64,000 nt of DNA from assembly GCA_043811535.1 (NCBI GenBank), contig JBDRNC010000008.1:1-64000 (forward strand), written 5' to 3'. Below the pieces are notes generated by a model. That model made no database searches. It saw nothing but the letters and a program-made list of their open reading frames with translations, and was not told where the DNA came from. This stretch comes from Elusimicrobiota bacterium. GTDB taxonomy: Bacteria > Elusimicrobiota > Endomicrobiia > Endomicrobiales > JBDRNC01. This document shows, one piece after another, positions 15,501 through 24,500 of the stretch. Both the position numbers and the translations under genes were made by a program. Position 1 is the first letter of the stretch, and each line of letters begins with the position of its first letter.

Positions 15501-18500
15501 TCCAACTTCCTACTGGTCAATATTACTGGAAGGTCCGCTCAAGAGATAACGCCGGCAATTTGTCTTCATATCCCGCTGCCGGCTCCTTCATGCTTGATAT
15601 TTCATCTCCAACAATACAGGACAACCAGAGCGGTTACGATGTCTGGCTGACATCAAACCCGGGAGCGATATGGAACATATCATTCGCCGATACAGGGTCC
15701 GGCCTTACGACCGCGCAGTACAGGATTTACAGCGGCGCGGGAGAAACGGGAGATCCGCTTACCGGCTGGGAAGATATTTTCGCGTCCACGGGAAAACCGG
15801 AATACACGGCGCAATGGTCCGTTCTCGTGGACTCATGCGCGGAGGGCATTAACTACGTGACAGTGCGGTGTTTTGATAATGTCTATCTTTCCACGAAAAT
15901 AGCCGACGTTTTCTACGTTAAAAAGGACACATCCGCGCCGGTCATTTCAAACAACGGCGAACTTGACGGCGACCTGGAGTGGAGAAACGTTTCCAAGGTT
16001 CAGGGATATAACGTCGACATGGAGGACGCGGGAAGCGGGTTGAAAGACGGAGAGTACGCCGTGTATACCGACACCGGCCTGAACGGAACGCAAAAAATAG
16101 ACTGGAAACCGATATTTTCAGACTGGGGCCAGAATTCGTTCACGTCAAACTGGAGCGTTATATTCGCGAATCTTCAGGAAGGCGGGACGAACTATGTTTC
16201 CGTCAGGCTCACGGACACGCTGCTGCATATTGCCACTTACTACGATGTCTTCTTCATAAAGATGGACATGACAAAACCCACGATAGTCAATCACGAACCT
16301 TCGCAGAGCGATTCAACCTGGCGCAAGACGGATCCCGGCGCGGTCTATGACGTTGACTATTTTGACACGCCGCTGGAAGGCAGCCAATTGGAGAAATTCC
16401 AGACCAAGGCGATGAGCGGCCAGCTGCTTTCGGGGACAACTGTCTGGGACTGGACCGATTACGAGCCGGCGCTCAACATCAACACGACCTATTACACTTC
16501 ACCATGGTCGGTATTGTTCTCATCCGCCTCTGAAGGGCAGAATTACATCAGCGTGCGCGCGTATGACAACGCGGGCAATTACGACACCCAGCCCGACGTC
16601 TTTTTCGTCCGCAAGGATACGACAGCCCCGATAATCTCGTACAACCAGACGGGCGATAACACATGGCGCAGCTTAAATGACGGGGAATACGAAACTGATT
16701 TCATCGACGCGGTTACCGGCTCGGGCATCCAGTATTTTGAGGTCGCCGCGTCAACGACATCAACCGAAACCGGCTCGTCGTGGGTAACTGCCGTCACGAC
16801 AAACACGATTTCCTACACCGCGAAATGGAAGCTTCCCGACAGCATATTTGACAACATGTCCAGCTTGACGACAAACTATGTCTGGGCAAGAGCGTACGAT
16901 TTCGCCGACAACGTAAGCACTTCCACCGATTACCTGTTTTATGTCAGGAAAGACACGGTCGGGGTCGAGATACAGAACCATGAAACGGAGCAGCGCAATA
17001 GAGTATGGATAAGTTCATCGCAAATCTATGACGTGGATTTCTATTCAAAGAGCGATTCTTTACTGCTCGGCGCGCAGTACACCGCTCATTTAGGACAAAA
17101 TCTTTCCGATACCGAGACACTGGAATGGACGGACGTCCAGGGATTCACTCCGATGTCCGGAACGTCCCATGAAACCGACTGGCAGATACCGCCGGCGGAT
17201 TTTGCTTCCCTGCGGGACGGCGCGACGAACTGGATATCAGTGCGCTGCTGGAACGTGGCCGGCTCCACTTACACCAAGAACGACGCGTTCTTCGTCTGGA
17301 AAGACACGACTCCGCCGAACGAGCCGCCGCTGTCTTCGCCCCAGAACGGATATTTCTCCGGCCAGCTCGCCAATTCCTTCATTTGGACCGCTGCCGCGGA
17401 CATCCCGGCGGGCATAAAGAATTACGTGTTGCAGCTTTCAACCTCTTCTGATTTCATCCCGGTCAGCTTCAGTTCCGTCACGGCGCTTTTGAACGCTTCT
17501 GTCTCCGTCGTCCAATCGTCATACTCTTGGCGCGTGAACGCCCAGGACAACGCGCTGAATTATACTACCTCTACTCTCAAATACAGCGTCGTGGTTGACA
17601 CCACTCCGCCGCCGGTTATAAGCGCATTGAATTCTCCCGCGGATAATTACGCGACGAACCAGCACCTGATAACATTCGGCTGGGACGCGGTTTCCGACGC
17701 GCCTGCCGGAATGAAAAACTACGTGCTCCAGCTTTCAACTTCCTCGGATTTCGGCAAGATCAGCTACAGCTCTTCCACGGCGCTCGTATCCGCGGTTCTT
17801 ACCGTGGCACAGTCTTCCTATACGTGGAGGGTTAACTCTCAGGATAATTCGCTTAATTACACAACTTCTACGACAAGATACACCATTATAGTGGACACAA
17901 CAGGCCCTCCTCAGGTAAGCACGCTCAGTTCTCCGGCCGATAATTACGCGTCCGGCCTGGCCACTGTCGCGTTTTCTTGGGGAAGCGTCGCCGACTATCC
18001 CGCCGGCCTTAAGGATTACGCGCTGCAGATATCCACCTCGCCGGACTTTTCCGTCGTCAATTACTCGTCAACTACCGTCCTTGCGACCGCGCAGGTATCC
18101 GTCGCGCAGTCATCATACACCTGGCGCGTGAACGTCAAAGACACTTTGCTTAACTACACAACATCAACAGCAAAGTATACGGTGATCGTGGACACGACTC
18201 CGCCGCCGCAGGTCTCGTCGCTGAATGCCCCGTCCGACAACTCCGCCACGAGCCAGCTGACGCTGACATTCAACTGGAGCGGAGTAACCGACGGGCCGGC
18301 GGGAATCAAGAATTACATACTGCAGATATCAACAGCGTCCGATTTCAGCAAAATAAATTACAGCTCGGCTACGGCTAAAATCACGGCCTCGGCCGCGTTG
18401 ATTCAATCGTCCTACACCTGGCGCGTCAACGTCACGGACAACGCCCTGAATTATACAACTTCGACTGCAAAATACACTATTCTGGCGGACACGACCGCTC

Positions 18501-21500
18501 CTTCGGCGCCGGCGCTGTCGAGCCCCGGGAACGGCTATACGACCAACCAGCTGACGATTCCGTTTGACTGGGCCGACGTTTCCGACGAACCCGCGGGCAT
18601 CAACGGCTACTCGTTCTACCTGTCCACGGCCTCCGGCTTCTCCGTGTGGAAGTCGTCGGAATTTGTGGTGCCGTCAACCGTCAACCGTCAACTGTCAACT
18701 GGTGTCCAGTACTGGGCTGTCTATGCCATGGACAGGGCATTGAATAATTCCGCGATATCATCGATATTCTCCATAACCGTAGACACGACGGCGCCTAGAA
18801 TCACGAACTATGAGCCTCAAGTCCCTGACTGGACGAATTCCATGAAAGAGCGCAACGTTGATTTTGCCGACGACACGATCGGCGTAAAAGTGGCTTCTTA
18901 CACGGCGTATACGGGCGCGGGAAAATCGGTAAGCCAGTCCATCGCGTGGACTACGATCATAGACAGCAACCCTGCTTTAGCGCTCTACACGGATAACTGG
19001 CCGCTGCAGTTCGCCATGCTGGCGCCCGGAACGAATTACATTTCACTCAGGATAGAAGACAAACTCGGCAACACTACCGACTGCATAGACGTCTTCAAAG
19101 TCTTCAAAGACACCGTCCCGCCGGCTTCCGTAACGAATCTCTCGGCGGCGCAGGACACGAATGCCGGCGATATTAAAATCACATGGACCGCGCCGATTGA
19201 CGACAACCTGACGGATCCCGCCGGCAGGCGCATGAAGAATTATCTCGTCAAGCACAGGGAAAGCAATTTCACGGGCATATCGGACTTCCTTGCGCATAAC
19301 GCCACTTTCTACCAGGCATGGACGCCTTTAACGCCGGGCACGACGGAATACCGCACCGTGACCGGCCTTACCGAAGGGACAACTTATTATGTAGGAGTGC
19401 TCTCATCCGATAAGGCGGGAAATTATTCAGCCGCTCTTTCAAGCGCTCCGGCCTGGGCAACGAGGATACCGCCCGGACAGATAACCACGCTGTCCGCTCT
19501 CACGGGAGACTTACCGGGCGAAATCAAGCTGTCATGGACCGCTCCGGCCGATAACGCTTACACCGGCGTTTCGGCCGCCGGTTATGTCATAAAGTATTCC
19601 ACGAATCTGATAACTACCGAGGCGCAATTCAGGGACGCGGCGACGTATTTCTGGACATATTCTCCGGCCGTTCCGGGAACCGCGGAAGAAAAATTGCTTC
19701 AGGGCCTGACGCCGAGCGCGACATATTACATCGCGATGAAGACGAACGACGCGGCGGGCAATTATTCGCTCATATCAAACACCGTTCCGTGCAAGGCGGC
19801 ACCGTCGGGGCCGGCCGCGGGGATGCTGAGTTTTGTTGATTACGGCGACGGCACGCCGAAATACCAGGGATGGACAGGTTCCGCGTGGAATTCCGCAACT
19901 CCGGCGCTCGCGGCTTCCGCGAATACCCGTTACCTTAGATTGAAATCCTGCAACGTCGTCAAGAACCAGAAGCTGCTCGGCGTCCTGACATACGACGGGA
20001 CCGCTGAGCCCGACGGAGACCTGTACCTGCAGAAATGGGACGGCCTGGCGCCAGGATGGACCGATCTCGGCAGGATAAACACTAATCAGGGAAACATGTT
20101 CAGTTCATACCGCGGTTTTGACATCGCTTACGAGCAGAATTCCGGAAAAGCTCTCATCATTTACTGCGACGGAGCAACCGGTACGGCGGCATATAAAGTA
20201 TGGAGTTCCACCTCGTCGGAATTCGTGAAAACGAGCGCTCTGCCGCTGGGGATGCTCACCGGGAATGTTTACTGGATAAAAGCAAAGCCGCAAAACGGCT
20301 CCAACAGAATATTAGTGGCCGCGCTTGATTCAAATTCGGATATATTCGCGGGAGTGTGGGACGGCGACAGCAATACATGGATAAATACCAGCACGCGCAC
20401 GCTAACGCAGACCGCCTCGATCGCGACCAAAGAATGCTTTGACGTGGCCTGGGAGCAGTTGTCCGGGCGCGCGATCGTCTTCTGGGGACAGGGCGCCGTA
20501 ACGCCTTACACAAGGTTCGATATCTGGACGTCCTCGGCAGGATGGCTCACAACCTCCGCTTTGCCTACCGGCGTCAACGGCCCCGTCATAAACGCGGCAT
20601 CCAACTGGATCTCGATGGCAAGCGACCCGATATCCGACAAAATCGCGATGAGCAGCATCAGCACGACTCCGCGCTGGCAGGTATCTGTATGGAACGGGAC
20701 ATGGGCCGCCGTGACGCAACTCGGAGCGAACACGAACGAATCGAACGCCGCGCGCACGGCCGATATAGCGTGGGAAAAAGACACGGGCGCGTGTCTTGCC
20801 GCTGGCGTCGGCACGGCCAACGCGCTTTACCTGAGCTGGTCCAGATGGACAGGCTCCAACTGGCCCGCCGTGGCCAACGATACGACTTATACATGGTCCG
20901 ACGATCTTACTTTCACGGAGCTTTATCCCGACCCGAACACGAACAAGATCCTTGCAATGGGCATAGATATAAACGGGAACCTGCGCACACGCATCTGGAC
21001 GGGACAGGCCATGTCCGGCGGCGAATCGCACAGCGCGCGCGTGTCTCAATGGACAACCGGGACAAATCATCCTTACCAGCCTGCCAGGATAGCGCTGGAC
21101 ATGCACGATAATTCGGCTCCCAACATAACATCGAGCCAGACGGGAGATGATACATGGAGAAACGCGAGCGGCAAGTATAAAGTCGCTTTTGACGATTCGG
21201 GCGGTTCAAAACTCTCTTATGTCCAGACGGCTGTCAGGACAGCCGCGTACCCCAGCGGCACGTGGCTGAAGGACTTCCCCGACGGCTCCCCCGACATATC
21301 CGCGATGAACACGAATAACTGGACAACGGACTGGGCCTTCATAGACACAACCTGGCAGAAACTCCAGAGAGGACCCAATAATTACATCTCAGTCAGAGTC
21401 TTCGACGGGGTCGGAAATCAGAGCGCGGTCAGTTATAACACGTTCTATGTCTGGAAAGACACCGAGCCGCCGCAAATATCCAACGGCGAGGCGGGAGGAG

Positions 21501-24500
21501 ACTACACGTGGACGAACGCGAACAGGACATACAGCGTCAACTTCGACGACCAGGCAGACCTGTCCAAGCTGGATGTGGTCCAGTACTGCGTTTATTCAAG
21601 TTCCGAGCTGAAGACGGGAACGCAGGTAATCGGCTGGACAAGCGTTGCCGGACCGGCCTATAATGCCGCTTCGTTCAACGGATTGAACCTGAATTTTGAC
21701 CTGTTGGCGCACAACACGAATTACGTAAGCGTCCGCGCCTGGGATATCGCCGGAACGACAACGACAAAAGTTGACGCCTTCAAGATATTCAAGGACACCC
21801 AGCCGCCCGCGGATATTAACACACTGTCCGCGTCATCGGGCCCGTACCGCGGAACGATCGACCTGACATGGGACGCCCCCGGCGACGACGGTACTGCGTC
21901 GGATAACTCTTTGTGCCTGTACACAGTCAAATACGCGACATATCCCATATCTACGCTCGCGCTGTTCAACGGTGCCTCCACATGGACGCAGATAAAACCG
22001 TCCGCTTCGCCCGGAGATCAGGAATCCATAACCGTGACCGGCCTTACGGTAGGCACGACTTACTATTTCGCCATACGCACAAAAGATAAAGCGAACAATA
22101 ATTCCGCCGTATCCAATTACGCCAGCTCCCTGCCGCGCTCGCAAAACATCTATATCAACGAAGTATACGCTTCGGGTTCAAGCGGTTCCGACTGGATAGA
22201 GCTCTATTCAAACATGCAGAGCAGCGAGTCGCTCAGCGGGTGGACGCTCGTGTATAACCTGGGCACGATTGACAACCCGCAGGGCGAAAGCCCTGTATGG
22301 ACGGGCGTTGCCGAAAGTTCCATCACCGCGGGAGGATTAAAACTGATTGGAGACCTTGACCTCGGCAGCGGGCACGTAAAATTGAAAGATGCCCAGAGCC
22401 GCACAGTTGATACCGTCCAGTGGCCGTCGCTTCCGTCAAGCAAGAGCTACGCGCGCATCCTTGACGGGTCCTTTGATTTCTTTGAGCCCGACCCGACTCC
22501 GTCAACGGGAACGCTGAACAGGGTGCCGCTAAGCTCTTCAACCGTAAAGATAAGCGAAGTTGATTACGCGTCAGGCCAGCAGTTCATCGAGCTTTACAAC
22601 ACCTCCGAAAGCACGCTGACTCTGAGCGGATGGACGCTGCGGTCAATACAGGGCGTGCCGTTCAGGTTCACGCGCGTGATATACCCAAAATCGTTCACCG
22701 TAATGGACTATAATTCCGTTGATGTAACGAGTACAACATGGACGGACGCTTTCGGGACAAGCGGGCTTGTTCCTGATTCGGACTTCGCCGCCCTTGAGGA
22801 TAATTTCGGACGGGTCGTGGACCGCGTCACGTGGAGAACCGCGCAGAACCTGACCTATTACAATTACAAGAACGTTCAGGTCGCGTTTGACCTGCCTGCT
22901 TCCGGCGCCGCGGCTTCCGGACAGACGATCGGACGCAATCAGGATGAAATTCTGGATACGGGCAATAACGTTACGGATTTCTCCATACTTACGCAGAGTT
23001 CATACGGGTTCAGGAATAAAAACGATACGTTCGCCGCCTCAAACAATCTTTACTATCCGTCGGCGTCTTCCACGATACCCAGAAGGTTCAAGATAGACCT
23101 GAAGCTCGGCGCCGATTCCGCGGCGGGAAGAAATAACACTCTATGGTTCATACGCATCGACGGAAGCACGGACCAAAAATCGCCGCACATATACAGATTG
23201 AAAGACATCGGCTATAACGTTTCCGATTTCTCCGCGACGCAGTCAACCGTCCAGATAGGCGTTGATTTCGCGGACCAGGACAGCAACAAGCTCAAGGACG
23301 GCGCAATTTACAAAATTATCTTAATGTCCGATACCGGTTCCGAGGCCGCGCCTCCGACCGCGCTCGCGTCCGTAACCTACGACGCCTCCTATCATTCAAT
23401 GAACGCGGAATCCATAGTCCCGCCGTACATCACTAACAGCGCGGACGCCGGGCTCGCCAGGTTGAATATATATAATAACTATCCGTCCGAAGGCTCTTCC
23501 ATAGAACTAAGCACGGTGACAGTAACTTTCATAAAACCCGACGGCCAGACGATGGTCTCCAACGAGGCGAAACTGCTGTTCAACAGCATAAGCGTCGTCG
23601 CCGACCACCTGACGCTCGGAACGCAGGGTTCGTATCAGTCCGATATAGATACCGATCTCTTCGGACAGATATTGAACGCGGATATCAACCTCGCGGGGGG
23701 AAGCCAGCAGATCCCCGCGGAGAATCCCGATTCCGATATAACACAGGTTGTCGCGAACAGCACGCGGACATACTTCGTCTCAGTCAAACTCACTGACACG
23801 GCAAACGCTCAGAACCCGAACAGCTTTAAATTTAAAATAACCCTCGGCACCTCAACCGTATGGAGAGACAGTGTGTCAAATATCGACCAGCCGGCCCTGC
23901 CGGGAGCGGATATATTGACGTCCACTCCCGTAATAGTCGCGCCGGTGGTTAAACCACCCGATACCAATTATCCCGTGACTATCGCCTCACCCGGGACTGA
24001 ACTAAGAGGATCCATAGTACTTAGCTATGACTCCGATTACAACGCTAACACGACATTCTCAGGGACATCTGACGGCACGCTGCACGCGCTGGACACCTTC
24101 GGCAACGTAAAATGGACGTTCAACGCGGGCGCGCCGATCGTCAACCAGTTTGAGAACGTCGAAAGCTTTGCTCCGTATCTGCCGTATCTGTTCGTAGTCA
24201 CCGAATCCGGCATAATGTACAAATTGCAGGACGACGGCAATTCTTACTCGCAGATTTGGAGCCCGCCTAAAGATTTCCTGTCGCCCGTAACTACGGACAT
24301 AGGAAGGGACACCTCGGGCGCCCACTACATGGTAGGCACCCAGGACGGGCGACTGCATAAGATCACAACCACCGGCGATGACGCCGCAGAATGGAAAACC
24401 AATCTGTTTCTTGACGGCGCGCTGGTAGGGACTCCGGTTGTGGATGAACTCGCCGGCGTCAACGGTGTATTCTTCGGAACTAAAGCCGGAACGCTATACA

